DNA of 63,277 nt, counting the filler, from Perkinsus chesapeaki ATCC PRA-425 (Eukaryota > Protista > Perkinsozoa), in assembly GCA_013115145.1 (NCBI GenBank). It is 5 parts of 5 records of this genome, joined end to end, with 100 filler letters (N's around TTAATTAATTAA, not from the genome) between each part and the next. Parts side by side here need not be neighbours in the genome. Positions count along the whole stretch, not along the records: positions 1 to 31,828 come from JAAPAO010000412.1; 4 more parts are not named here. One strand, given 5' to 3'. Position 1 is the first letter of the stretch, and every line of letters starts with the position of its first letter. This document shows, in pieces, positions 12,601 through 25,400 of this stretch. Both the position numbers and the translations under genes were made by a program. The notes under the pieces are model-generated. The model had not been told where the DNA came from. It saw only the letters and a program-made list of their open reading frames with translations, and searched no databases.

Positions 12601-14448
12601 AATCCCTGTAAGCAGGAGCCATCAGAGATCTCAACAAAGGCGAAGCCGCTGCCTTGGGTACGCTTTGTTCGGACCCAACCGCAGACGCTAACCTGAAAGC
12701 GAACAAGGACCTGGAAAAACTACCTTCATGGACATAATAATACGAGTCACAGACACTTGAAAAGCGTCAAGAGTAGACAGCTGATCGATAAATAGCACTC
12801 ATAGGAGTTGTACACTTCACATTGTGCCCGGTAAGTGCTAGCACAATGGGTTCATCCTTACCTGCTTGCCAATGAGGCCAGCACCACCATCCTTCCTAAG
12901 AAGGATATCCTTTACACGAGTACGACCTGATAAAGACACCTCTCATGCTCATTCCGACCTAAAGATACTCCTACCTCCCACACAGCTGGAATAGGGATGG
13001 ATCGGTGGCTCCGGACCCTCAGGGATCGGGCTCACAGTGTTGGTGGGGACAGACTCGGGAGTAGGCATCCGCAACTAACACCAGCAACACCATTACGACC
13101 GCAGCGCCACGAAATTCTTACGTCCTTGTGGCTGACCTTCTTGCTTTGACGATCAGCTGCCTTCTGCTTCTGCTCGGGCTGCTTCTTGGCCTTTTCTTCC
13201 TCTTTGGTGGCCTGAATATGATGATGACAAAAGGAAGAACAATGAAAAGGTGATAATAGAATGGAACATTTCTTAGTCTAAGGTCTATAATATCTAGTTA
13301 TAGATAATAGTATTTTACTAGATAAAGAGATACTTGACTAATATCCATTCGCTAGAGAGATTAATTGTGACAATAGAAGGAGCAGCTGGTCAGGAAGGTG
13401 ATAAAGACAACATACGGAGTACTTTACACTGTGAACTTGACAGCGAAAATGAATTAAGATGAATTGATCTCCTCAGTTTAACCACCTAAAAGTAGCTGGT
13501 GAGCAAGATGCTTCATTTCTGCAGTGCTGACTGGAAGAACTACACACATCGCCATATTAGCCTTTCAAAAAACTACTCGAGGGAATCTCACAGATGACCA
13601 AGTTAAAAGCTTACCTCCGAATCAGTGGAGTCAGTGGCAACCTCACCCTTAGCAGGAACGAAGGGAGTGGTGTCGGGGATGGGGAACTTGGATGTATATC
13701 CAGACAGGACGTCAGCTACTGCTGGGTTGGTGAGGCATGTGCGGATGTATCGGAGGACGTTGGGGTAGCCTTTACTAAAGAGGGAAAAGATAAATCGGAA
13801 ATGATTGTCAATATATAAATTTCGAAATAGTCAAATACTGACTTTAGACTTGGCACTCCAATCAACCTCCGAAGAATCTTCATGAAGATGGGAGCTTTGT
13901 AGTCAATAGAAAGTTGACAAGCCGCTATTATCAAGCCTATTAACCTCCGAAGAATCTTCCCATACTTACAGTTCAGCCTCGGATGCCAAGCCGGCTACCA
14001 ATGAGGTAACAACTGATGCATCGTCAATACTCAAATGATCGCCGGAGAGATAAGTATGAGACTTAAGGTGCTTCTCAAGCATGTCCAGAGCGCTCTCCAC
14101 AGGGCTCATCTCGAGCTCGGCAAAGTCCAACCAAGAATCTATCGATGCCGCCTGTCCGAGGGACTTCTGGTCGTAGACGCTGTTGTCCGCATGGAGTCGG
14201 CTAATGTAGCGCAAAACTGGACCAGTGTATCGGGCAGTGGGGGTAGTAGCAGTACTAGGGTTGAAGAGCTCCAAAGCCTGCAAGGAATCTTCATACCGCT
14301 CTTCACTTTGATCAAAGCTGCTGCTCACCTTGGCACTGCCGGAGTTCTCGCAAGTGAGAGGCATGTTGGCGAGCTTGGCTGCAATCTGCACTTTGAGAGT
14401 GGGGACCTCGAGGGCCTTCGATGTGATCAAACGAAGGCTGCTGGACAT
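9612..14448 (-). CDS. NARS: Asparaginyl-tRNA synthetase with N-terminal GST-like (EF1Bgamma-type) domain, many introns
   Basis: OB-fold [22 protein letters not shown]; motif 2 [19 protein letters not shown]; GSVREERLD; motif 3 [15 protein letters not shown]...RDVIPYPR|YPGRCEF*. Exons 1-2 encode the GST-like fold and splice in frame to the K/E-rich linker. Confidence 0.92.
10255..10347. repeat. 35-bp intronic tandem repeat (~2.7 copies)
   Basis: Unit CTATTGCAGGTGGAACCAATCCGGATTAATACAAG, head-to-tail with no spacers. Confidence 0.9.
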
Positions 14449-14569
14449 ATAGGGATACCAAGGAAAATAAAAGTGGCTATTAAAATAGGGCGGAGCGAAG
14501 CAGATAACAAGAACCCCAATCAACAGGGTGAAACAGCATAAATGAAACAAAAAGCAAATTTAGTCTTTC

Positions 14570-15737
14570 TCCGCGGCAGACTGGTTTTCCACCACCATCG
14601 GGGACGTGAGCTCCCACTCATCACCTAGAGTTCGTCGAACCTGCCATAACATGCATATATTCTCCACCTCCCCAGCTGCTTACCCTAACAGGCGTCCAAT
14701 GACGCTCACTCGGGCCTGTGCTGCGCAGAGTAATGACCTCCGGCCTCATACGCAGTAGCAGGTAATCTGACTTATCCTCAGCCATATACTCCCCCCACCG
14801 CTGCCTCCAATAGAAGCGTTTCATATCATCGTCATCCATCTCGGTCGCAGTCCCTTGCACCGTTAGCAGGCGACCTGTTGAGGCGTCCATGTAGATCAGG
14901 GAGATGTTGCGGCTGCCGGGCAAGTCCCCAAAGGGCAGGCTGCTTGAGGAGACCGCGAAGTGGATCATATTGAACGGCACCCGTTCCCCAGTGTATCTAG
15001 GCAAATCGATTTCCAACTGCAGGAGGCCATGGCGAGTACTCAGCCATCAAGGAGTCCGTGACTTGGTTCTTAGGTACACCCTTCACGATAGGTTCACTGG
15101 GGAGCTTTAGAGCTCGCTCCTCTGGGACATGTGGTGCCACATTAACAACCTGTCAATAGAAGCTTATGAGACTGCTGCTAGGCTGAGGCTACCTCGCCAC
15201 TAGGAGTTACTAGTAGGGCTTGTGACGCTCGCTTAGTAAGCTCTCTGGCAGCTTGTAAGGCCTGAACTCACACAGTAAATACTAAGATCCATAAAGCGAG
15301 GTTGATGCGTGAATTATAAACCTCCCAAAGATACTCACCTGCTCGTTGTTCATATAGGCCAGCCTGGCGTTGTCCGCGAGCTCCTTATACTTGTTTTCTA
15401 CAGAGTTGCGGAAGTAATACCTATTTGAGGGATATGCTATTATTATACAGCACCCTTACTACACCGCATAGCCTATCGGCAAAGCATTGAACGCTAGGAA
15501 CGCAGCAAAAGGCTTCCAACCACGGAAGCCCTTCTTCTCCTCTTGAGGCTCCGGCTGACAAATGCACGCTTCAAGCTAAGATACCCAATGCTGTATTACT
15601 CTCCTCTTAGGATAAAAGCCAGCCACCTCACTTGGCTTGGGTGTCTTTATTGCCGCTACACTGGCCGCAGCAGTGCTCTGGCTTGCTGCTGCCTCAGACA
15701 AAGCACTAGCTGCTAAACGTCGTAAACTCGGTTGCAT
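14570..15737 (-). CDS. Pyridoxamine 5'-phosphate oxidase-like FMN split-barrel protein with putative mitochondrial presequence and TM segment; 3' end approximate
   Basis: MQPSLRRLAASALSEAAA presequence-like start; TM FAAFLAFNALPIGYA; C-terminal LTVQGTATEMDDDDMKRFYWRQRW...DYLLLRMRPE resembles general-stress-protein-26/PNPOx-like domains. Confidence 0.55.
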
Positions 15738-15891
15738 AATAACAGCAAGTGTAAGGAGCACTGTACGGCAGACCAGAGAAAGATATCGATTATCAAGGCG
15801 CGCGCTAATGCCCCGAAAATCGTGGAGAAGCATTTTTTGTTAAAGTGATGATATGGATTGTACTTAGTCGGGTTAGTTTTATACTTGTTAA

Positions 15892-18033
15892 ATGCGTTCA
15901 TATACTTTTACGCGCCTGATAGGAGGGCTCGTGTCAGCTGGGTTGCTCCTTACAGCTCATGCTCGAGTGGAGATAGACCCCAGCAAACATGATGTTGTTA
16001 AGGTAAGTGACGCGTATCTTAGGTTGAACCGTGTCATTCGTAGGGGTTAAAGATACTCAGTTATTTTGTTTCAGCTCAACCCTCAATCGTTTGGCTCTGT
16101 TATTGAGCGCCATAGGGACTGGCAGATCAGCGCTGTCCTCTTCTATGATGACAGTACTTCCCTTAAAGACTTCAACACGGTCAATGAAGTTGCCAAGCAG
16201 ACCAAACGTAGCCCCTCCAGGATTCCGATTGCTACTATCTCCTTCTTTAAGGTATGGTTAAGATTGGTGCTGTCGACTGTGATGATAACAAAGCTCTCTG
16301 TGAGCAGAATAACATCAAGGAGTGCCCTAAGGTAAGCTCCCTGTGGTCGATGTCCTCCACATCTGTGTTTTTGCTGCTGCCAGTTGGTCATATACCCTCG
16401 CAACCCTATTCCGCAATTCATCTATGAGGGAAAAATGGACGCCCACGATATCAAAAAAGCTGTTTTAAGATACCTGCCAACCGAACTGGTAAAGAAGCTA
16501 GACGCCTCCAGTGAGCCCTTAAGATTTCAGCCTTGTAACGCTGTGACCTTAGTGCTTAGATATTGATAGCTTTTTGACCACAGAGGGTGCCATGCCAAAG
16601 GTGCTGTTGTTCACCGAGAAGGATACTCCCCCTCCTATGTTCAAAGCTCTGAGTAAGCTGCGGTGCTATTTAGCGGTGTGATGGTGGACTGTAGGCAACG
16701 AGTTCCGAAAGGAAATGCAGTTTGGTCTGGTTAATGTGAAGAAGCAACCTGACCTTGCCAAGCGATTCGGCGTTAAGAAAGCTCCGAAGATTCTTCTTCA
16801 GCAGGCAGTTGGCAAGAAACCTGAGGCGTAGGATAATTGCGAGGTTGAGGGGATTAAGCATTGGATGCTCAGTTACAAGGGAGAAGTATCTTACGTTCCT
16901 ATTGCCGACTGGGTCAACCTTCACAGAGAGACTTTCTCTAAGGGCGGTAAGGCTGGGTGGGATATGTTGTATCACAGCGGCTCGATGCAGGTGGATTTGA
17001 AGAGTCCGCTAAGACCGGCGCCTACTCGGAGACAGAGGCACCTTCGAGGCCTTGGCTTGTACAGGAAATACCTGAAGTCACTAAGAGGAGTGCGAAGTAT
17101 GTATGCTTCGACGGTGCTGAGGTGAGGCATGGGTGGCTTAGGTTAATGTAGCGTATCGTATTATCAGGGCCATTGTGTCATCTATCTGAAGGACGGTGGT
17201 CCGCTTACAAAGGAGGAAGAGGATGGCCTTGTTGCGCTTAAGAATCGCTTTACTTCCCATTTGGAGAACAGGTAACAGTGGCCAAGTCTGTTAGAGTAGC
17301 ATCCCTGTTTGCAGAGGAGCTAAGCTGCGTTGGGTCTGGCTGGATGTATCTAAGGAGCCAGCATGGGCTGAGATGTTTGGTATCACTAAGTACCCTAACG
17401 TTGTCGTTTTCAACCCGCATAAGCGACTTCGCTTCTGCAAGTTCGATGATGATGATGAGGAGTAAGTGATTGGGTGTCTCATATTGGTTGGGATTCTGGA
17501 AGGCAGGCGAGCTATTAGGTGGCAAGTGGCGTATTGACAATACCGTAGATCATCATACCAGTGTTGATCGACCCAGACAACACCTGGATTCAGAACACCT
17601 AGAATGTTCATGAACTTGAACTTAACCCATCCTTTGGCTCCTTCCTTGGGAACCGGATCGTATGTATAGGTTATATACGACCATTTTACTGATTGCTCTT
17701 ACCTCAATGAAAGATACATCGGAAACTATCGCCCTTGCACATTTTCTTTTCATAAAAATATCCGCACGAGAATCGATACATGAATTGGTGGAAATGTGCG
17801 AGTTACTGTGCCGCTAATGCCTTTCACTGAGAGCATGATGAGCTTTGCTGAACATACGGTATGACGTCTTTGTCAGGCATAAGGGGGATATGGAAGGTGT
17901 AGAGTACTTGGTTGAGAAGGTTTTGGGTGGCGACGGTCGTTTCAAGATCGTGAAGGGCCAGAAGCTGCCGGAGCTGTCAGATCGGGATGAGGAGACAAAC
18001 GCCAAGAAGACGACCGACAGGGACGAACTATAA
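15892..18033 (+). CDS. ER-resident multi-thioredoxin-fold (PDI-like) protein; no CxxC seen in the exons read, so probably redox-inactive
   Basis: Signal peptide MRSYTFTRLIGGLVSAGLLLTAHA; PKVLLFTEKDTPPPMFKALS..F...FG.V; PWLVQEIPEVT; C-terminal RDEL* ER-retention signal. Confidence 0.72.
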
Positions 18034-18111
18034 GCAGCGCGGCGGGTTTTGCTGGCTGTCTGAGGTTGTCGAGGAAAGACGCACATTTTTAGATGTTTTC
18101 TACAGGCCTCC

Positions 18112-19190
18112 TTGAGTGGTGTGGTGTTCATAGTAGTAATAGACAGGGGAGTCGGTGACCACTGTGTTGCTGGGCAGCGTGGGTTCCAAGGTATGGTGAA
18201 TGGCCAAGGATTCACATCTATCCGAGTAGTGGAGGTTGCATCGGTGGACGGCAACAGCAACGGCAGCAGCAGGTTTGAAGAGCACCTTAAACAAATTGGG
18301 TGCCCGTGCGCCATGGTGGGCATGTGGGCGATGATAGGTTATTTAAAGGGGAAATGATGCAGGTTCCACTTCGGCCAGAATTGCAGTCGTCGGGGTTCTC
18401 CTCGGTCGCTGTGGTGTACACCAATCAGCCTTATCGAACGCATCTAGAGCAAGTAGCATGGGATCATCGAAATGTTGTTGGTATCGAAAGGTCAGATAAG
18501 AGATGTGCCGCCCGAGGAAGGGATGCCAGCGCTGGCGATCGCCTTCGTAGATAACGCGGCGGTTTTCGGACGACTGGATGTGGGAGCGATCGAACATAGC
18601 ATGCCCGTGGCAAAGACTAGACTGGTTTTGTCGACGTCGAGGGGTACTCGAGCCTGTTCGCGGCTAAGTTAGGTCTTTCTAGGGCCGGAGAGCATGAGGG
18701 CTGAGTTGACATTGAGAGGCATAGACTGGCAGGACGACTGTGCAGATATGTCAGCTGCAGCGCTAGACGCAGTTATTGCTGTGGAGAATGCTCGTCGGAA
18801 GAAGCAAGGCATTACTGAATGGCATTCTGTCCATGTCCTGTGTGACAGGCCTCCAAGCCAATTCAAGTCTCGTGTTCATGCGCCTGTGAGCAGCTCGGTC
18901 GATGCATCCAAAGCCTCTGGGAACATAGTGTGGATTGTAGGAGATACACCGGAGCTTACTCTCCACCAGCCTACAGTGTCAGGCTATGTTGCAGCAGATA
19001 CCGGGGGTGGGGGCTGACATGGCAGCGGCGATCGCTAGCCGGTAGCGTCCCGTCTGGTTTGATGATCGCCAGTGGAGGGTTCAGATATTCCACCTTGCCG
19101 AGTTTGTTAGAGGCGCTGGCTGTTTCACCAAGTATTGTTGAGAATAATATTGCGACAATGGAACTAAAGGTAGGAGGTATGTGTATTTGA
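18112..19190 (+). CDS. Hypothetical multi-exon protein
   Basis: Chain of same-strand ORF segments (18112-18357, 18472-18672, 18694-19017, 18930-19190) separated by short intron-like gaps; no family recognised. Confidence 0.3.
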
Positions 19191-19226
19191 CTTTAAACAA
19201 GAATCATACATGACCATTTTATCCGT

Positions 19227-19299
19227 GGTCTCGTGGCCTAATGGATAAGGCGTTGGTCTTCGGAACCAAAGATTGTGGGTTCGAGTCCCACCGAGATCG
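19227..19299 (+). tRNA. trnR-TCG: tRNA-Arg(TCG)
   Basis: Cloverleaf: acceptor GGTCTCG/CGAGATC, anticodon arm TTGGT-CTTCGGA-ACCAA, T-loop TTCGAGT; followed by a T-run. Confidence 0.95.
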
Positions 19300-19952
19300 C
19301 TTTTCTCATCTTTTTCAGGTTCGGTCAAAGCAAGGAACAAGAAAGATTGGTCCTGCCGTTGCTTCTCGTATCACTCGTGTATTCACGGCAACATCCCAAC
19401 ATGATACAGTAGTTACATAAGTCTATATGATTCTACTTTATTTTAACATTGTTGTGTTTGTTCGATAATCATCTTTGCGCTTCCCGTTCCTACAGGATCG
19501 GGATCGTGGCTACTTTGTCTACTACATATTCATTGTCTTCCTAATTGAATACCATTGTTTTTTATTCTGCTTTTATCCAACGTCTCATCATTTATAGCTC
19601 TACCAGCGTTCAACTTCACACCACATTTCACTGTACTTGTCTTCTCGACACATCGATGCCTCAATTTCAAAGTCCATCATTTTGTTCATGGCCCTTAATG
19701 GTTACGTAAGGATTGCTGCTTTCTAGTGTCCCGTATGTCCTATACAGTTCTTGTACCCGTGCGGAGGGTTGCTCTTGTACCCATGACGGTTTCACTGACC
19801 TTGCGCTGTCTCGAAACGCTCATCTAGGTGTTGTCTAATTCTCGAAGACAATGTCTCTGAATAGATGCTTCCTAGGCAAAATTCAACTCCGACCTTGTCG
19901 GTTTGCTGGTGCGTTTTTAGTCATTTGGTTTTCCTGTTACCCGCTGATCACC

Positions 19953-22281
19953 ATGTCAGTCGAACTGATGAACACCCACTTGAAGGAGGCCGATCCTACA
20001 GTACTGCTCTCTTAACCTTGTTTCTGTCAACTAGTACATTGATAGGTTTTTGACATCATTGAGCACGAGAAGGAGCGTCAACGCACGAATGTCTGTTTGA
20101 TTGCCTCTGAGAACTTCACCAGCCAGGCGGTAAGGCTGCAGTCTATCGTGTATCTAGGAAGCCTGGGTACAGGTGCTGGATGCCATCGGCTCCATTATGA
20201 CCAATAAGTACTCGGAAGGATACCCTGGAGCAAGGTACGAACTACTCCATTAAATGACACCGCCAGAATCTCGCTTCATCTAGGTATTATGGTGGTAATG
20301 AGTTCATCGACCAGATGGAGAATCTTTGCATGGACCGTGCATTGGAGACCTTCCGTTTGGACCCAGCAAAGTGGGGTGTCAACGTCCAGACCCTCAGTGG
20401 TAAGTTGCCGTTACCGCCCAAATACCTTGTATTCTCCTCCAAGGCTCCCCTGCCAACTTGGCCGTCTACACCGCTTTAATCGACGTTCATGACCGCATTA
20501 TGGCTTTGGACCTCCCCCATGGTGGCCACCTCAGCCACGGCTACCAGACCGACACTAAGAAGGTCTCTATGATATCTAAGTTCTACACCTGCATGCCGTA
20601 GCATCTCTCTCCGACAGGGCGTTGTCGAGCGGAATGGCTTGGCAGGTACAGACTGGACGAGAAGACCGGTCTTATTGACTACGACGAGCTGGAGAAGTTC
20701 GCCCAGCGTTTCAGACCGAAGATTCTTATATGCGGTTACTCTGCGTAAAATATATAGTAGAAAAGGGGCTCCATTCGATGCCTAGTTACCCGAGGCACTT
20801 CGACTTCGTCCGTCTGAGAGCCATCGCTGATTCGGTCGGTGCCATCCTGCACTGTGACATGGCCCACGTAGCCGGCCTTGTCGCTGCTGGTGTGCATCCC
20901 TCCCCCTTTGTAAGTTCAGAGGTAGATGACTAGTCTGTTGATGCTCCGCCCAGGACCTATGCGATATCGTTACCACTACCAGTCACAAGACATTAAGAGG
21001 GCCGAGAGGAGCTATGATATTCTATCGCGTCGGTCAAAAAGGTGCGAACGTCAGATAGCTGTCTGAAGATGGCTTTGTCTTAGGCGTTGATAAGGCCGGC
21101 AATCCTATCATGTACGACTATAAGGATAAGATCAATGCTACTGTGTTCCCGGGGCTACAGGTGAGGTTGCTTGTGGTGGTTGGTGGGATGGGAGCATGGT
21201 CTTCTCAGGGCGGCCCGCATAACCATATTATAGCGGGCTTAGCAGTGGCATTGAAGCAGGCTCAGACCGAGGAATATAGGCAGTATCAGGAGCAGGTTGT
21301 GAAGAATTCAAAGGCATTGGCTGATGAGCTCATCAAGCTTGGATATGATCTGGTCTCCGGAGGTCAGCTGTGGAAGGGACGACAACTTGTGGACCGGTGA
21401 ACGTTGTGATTGAGCTACTATCTCTGGTGATACTAGAGTTGTTTCTGCTTTTCAATGCCGCCGCCGGCTAATGCAGATAATGCATATTCTATACAGGGCG
21501 GGGCAGCTAGGCATTACAGCTCTACCTGGACTATCTGACTTTAATAAGATGGAAGTCAAGTTGAATCTGTTTCGTTTCTATTGCCTAGGGACCCTTCTTT
21601 AGGTACCGATAATCACCTTGTTCTACTAGACTTGCGCAGTAAGGGCATCAATGGTAACAAGACCGAAAAGGTCTGCGATCATGTCGCTGTATCGCTTAAC
21701 AAGAATACGGTAAGTCGGGCAAGCTGCCACCTTGAGCAGCCTTCTCTCAGGTGCCCGGCGACAAGTCTGCCATCACCCCCTCGGGCCTTCGTATAGGCGC
21801 TCCGGCTATGACCACTCGCGGAGCCAAGGAAGATGATTTCCGGAAGATTGCCCAGTTCATTGACCGTGTCGTTAAGATCGGTCTCGAGGTACTTATTCAC
21901 TTATCAAACCTTATATATAATATTATAAAGTTAAGTAGAACACTTACTTTAGTGTAATTGGGGGAAGTAGTAAATAAATTCATATGATGGATCAGCGTAG
22001 AATGTATATGTTGAACGTTAAAATTGTATTCGGAAGGCGCCTTTGAGAATAAAACCATTTTCGCGCAGCAGGAAAATTAGATCATAGTACCTGTTACGGA
22101 AGCGACCTGTTATCATTTCATGCAGCCAAGACCTTTACATCGGTGGCAGGTTCAGAAGCAATCCGGGCCGAAGTTGAAGGACTTCCTGGCGGTCTTGGAC
22201 AACTCTCCCCCAGAAGCTTTATCTCAACTCAAAGAGGAGGTCGTGACATTCAGTCGCGGATTCACGCCCATTGGCCAGTAG
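19953..22281 (+). CDS. SHMT: Serine hydroxymethyltransferase (no evident transit peptide)
   Basis: [47 protein letters not shown] (PLP lysine), [31 protein letters not shown]. Confidence 0.97.
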
Positions 22282-22470
22282 GGCAGATTTTTTCTATTTC
22301 ATGCTCCACGGGAGAATGCATTTAAAGGTTTCCGAGAGGCGACTCTGACGAGGTTTCGTTATAGTTTTCATTTTTGCGTCATGTAGGATTCTAGGGATTC
22401 GTCCAGCTTTCTGCCAAAGTGCAAGGTAGATTTTGAGCAATGTGCTCATGGTGTATGAAATGCTCTATTT

Positions 22471-25400
22471 TTGAGCTGGAGTAAAACGAGCGGTATCGCG
22501 CAGACAACAATTGAGGAAGAACGGGTAAAATTGCAGTGTTTGTACTTGTACAATATTCATACTTACCTTCATTCCTTGCCCTACTCGGCTTTGGACTTGG
22601 GAGGGCGGCTTTGTTTCTCGTGTGTCATCGCAGGGATAATCCTTTATATTAGCGATGGCCGATATAACGTCCCCACCAGCTCATAACGGCGTGCAAGATA
22701 ATGGCAGAATTCGGGAAGGATTGGCTGAGATACTTCCTATAGAGGGAAATAAGGTGTTCTATAACCCAGTACAGGTGATACAATGGGGAAGGATAGGGAG
22801 GTACTAACAACCGTTATGAACGTGGGGAATCTGAATGCGTCAGCTAAGCGTATAGTGTTCCATACGGACCGGGGCGACGAAGCTTGTCAAGGTGATGTAT
22901 GCAGTGTGCTCACATACACCCTGCAGAGCTTTGATTGGCCTTTTGTACACTTTATACTCGACGTCTCTTGTCGGAGGAAATCATACATTTTGAATGTCTT
23001 TCTCCGAAGTAGCCATTTCGCTCGGTGTGGCAGTTCACCGGTGTAGGTCTTCAATCGGGACACATCGGTGCTGGCATTGAACGTCTTTGAGACCTGGAGG
23101 AAGGATCATGCCCCACCGGGCAGGGCTGGTAAAGCGTTGAATGAAGAGCTTAAGAAGAGCAATGAGGGGCTTACGGTAATAAGGATATTGCACAGAGAGT
23201 CATCTAGCCTCGCATAAATGTGCTCCTATGGGGAGGAGCAGGAGGAGGTAGAATGAATCTTGCTGGGATATAGTTTTCTAGACCAAAAGAGACTGCACTA
23301 CTTCAGGGATCGTTGGGTGTTCTTCTGTGACTACCTGATCAGGCAGAATACCAGCGCTGGGGCGGCGTGACTTTTATTTTATCAGTAATGGATCAAACTT
23401 GTATATCTGACGGGCAGTAGTAACTACTGAGTAGTTGATGTAGTTGGGCATTGTCATGAAAATGAAGGAGACATTTGCCCTCGTTCCTGGAGGATGCTTT
23501 GTACGGTCACTTCTACTTCTTTTCTTACCGAATTTATTGTTCTCGTTTCGCTCCGCCTCCACATGTTCCAAGTGGATCAAGGCAAGGCCTGCTGCTGCCC
23601 GGCATTGCTTTACAGGGCTGCTCTCATTTCACATCTTGCCAGAAAGTCATATGTTGTCGTGAGTTAGAAGGTTGCATTATCTATTATTATGACGGTTATA
23701 ATGTATTCAGTATTATAGTGCAAGAACCAAACCTCTCTCATGTGACGCTGTTCAGGTATTCGAGGCGATGGCAGCATCTGGTCTCCGATCGGTAAGATAC
23801 GCCAAGGAGGTTAGAAACTTGAAGCATGTTGTTGTGAACGATCTCGATGAGAAAGCTGCGGAAAATATCAAAGCTAATCTCGAGTAATGTGGACGTTTAT
23901 TGCTTGTATTTGCTAGTTGAAAATAACATGCTCGAAAAAGCCTATGGGGTTATTCTCCGCATCATGTACTCGATTCTTCGGTAGACTTTGTATGTCAAAT
24001 TTTGCAAATTTTTGGTATTACCTTTTTAGGCATAACTCCATTCCATCTGCTTTAGCCGAGGCAAGCCATTCCGATTGCATCAGACATATGCAACATAACG
24101 ACTTGGCTTATGATGTAGTTGGCCGGCGGGGAGGGTTGTTCAGTGCTCATCTGGTAGCAGGTTATTGATTTGGACCCCTACGGCAGCGCTTCACCGTTCC
24201 TGGATGGTGCATTGAACTCTGTGAAGAACGGAGGCCTGCTGTGTGTGACATGCACTGATTCAGCGGTAGGGTTGAAGTTAATATCTCTCCTGGGAGCTCT
24301 GCGCGGTTGGAGAAATCGACTGGAGAGTTGCTCGGAGCTTAGTTTGAAACTGGGGAAACATCAGGCGTTCTGGTAAAACATATGAAACTCTTTTAGTAGG
24401 GGAAATTTTTCTTGTCGAATTTCTGATACACCTCAGTGCTAGTAACACATTTCCAACGGAGGCTGGTGTGGTCGACGGCGAGCTTCCTCTAGGCCACTGT
24501 TTGACGATTAGTTATATTCACTGAACTATTCGGGGTTTTTGACTTGTCGCACTCCTGAGTGGCATATAGCCGCTGGTCACCAGAAAGATCGCGGCAGGAT
24601 CTTACTTTAGCGTCCAGATGGTGGTGTCTATTGAATATTAGATATGATAGGTATGATAGTATGATTCCTGGGGCATTTCTTATAGTAATGGAAGATGAGA
24701 ATAGAGCCGTTGGTTCAATACCAGCAATACTCTAACTGCTATGAGTATGCCTGCTGCTGTTCAGGTCCTTTGTGGTAACCACACGGATGTCTGTTACTAT
24801 CGGTATGGTGGTGTCGCCCCCAAAGCTAAGTAAGTGTCAGTTGCGGCCTTATCATCATACAATTATATTAAATATTATTTATAGAATGCACCTTAGGATG
24901 CACCTCGTTCCTCTGGATTCACTCCGCTTAGGTACTGCCATGAGCTAGCTCTCCGCCTTATGTTGCACGCCATCTCCACCGCAGCTGGCCGAAGAAAACG
25001 TGCTTTAGTGCCACTACTGTCGCTGAGTATCGACTTCTACTATAGGGTGGGAATAGTGCAGCAGACAGTGGAGCTGGTCAGAGTGGGTTGTCAGGTATTT
25101 GTTCGGGTCATCGATTCCCCCAAGGACTGTGGCAACTTGGCAGCGGATACGTCTCTGTTGCTGCAGTGTGTTAACTGTGAATGGCATCAACTATCTCCTT
25201 TAGCACAGAGGTAGGCTGGTGATGGCTTGGGGCAGCTAAGCTTCCTTATTCCATAATATCCAACAACCCCTAGTAGAGTATCTTTTTCTCCTCAGTAAAT
25301 CAGAGTCTAACCCCAACCTCAAGCCCGGGACTCTTCTCGGCCAGCACGGAGGCACTGCCCCTCCCGCAACGTGTCCGATTTGCCAAGGGCGGCTGGTAGG

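Noticed and set aside
13862-13960. Duplicated 17-mer AACCTCCGAAGAATCTT in AsnRS intron 1
   Set aside because: Simple local duplication with no further structure.
23004-23023. Partial resemblance to the dinoflagellate/perkinsid spliced leader (GTAGCCATTT..GCTC); also GTAGCCATT at 62701
   Set aside because: Too short and mismatched, and not positioned at a gene 5' end.
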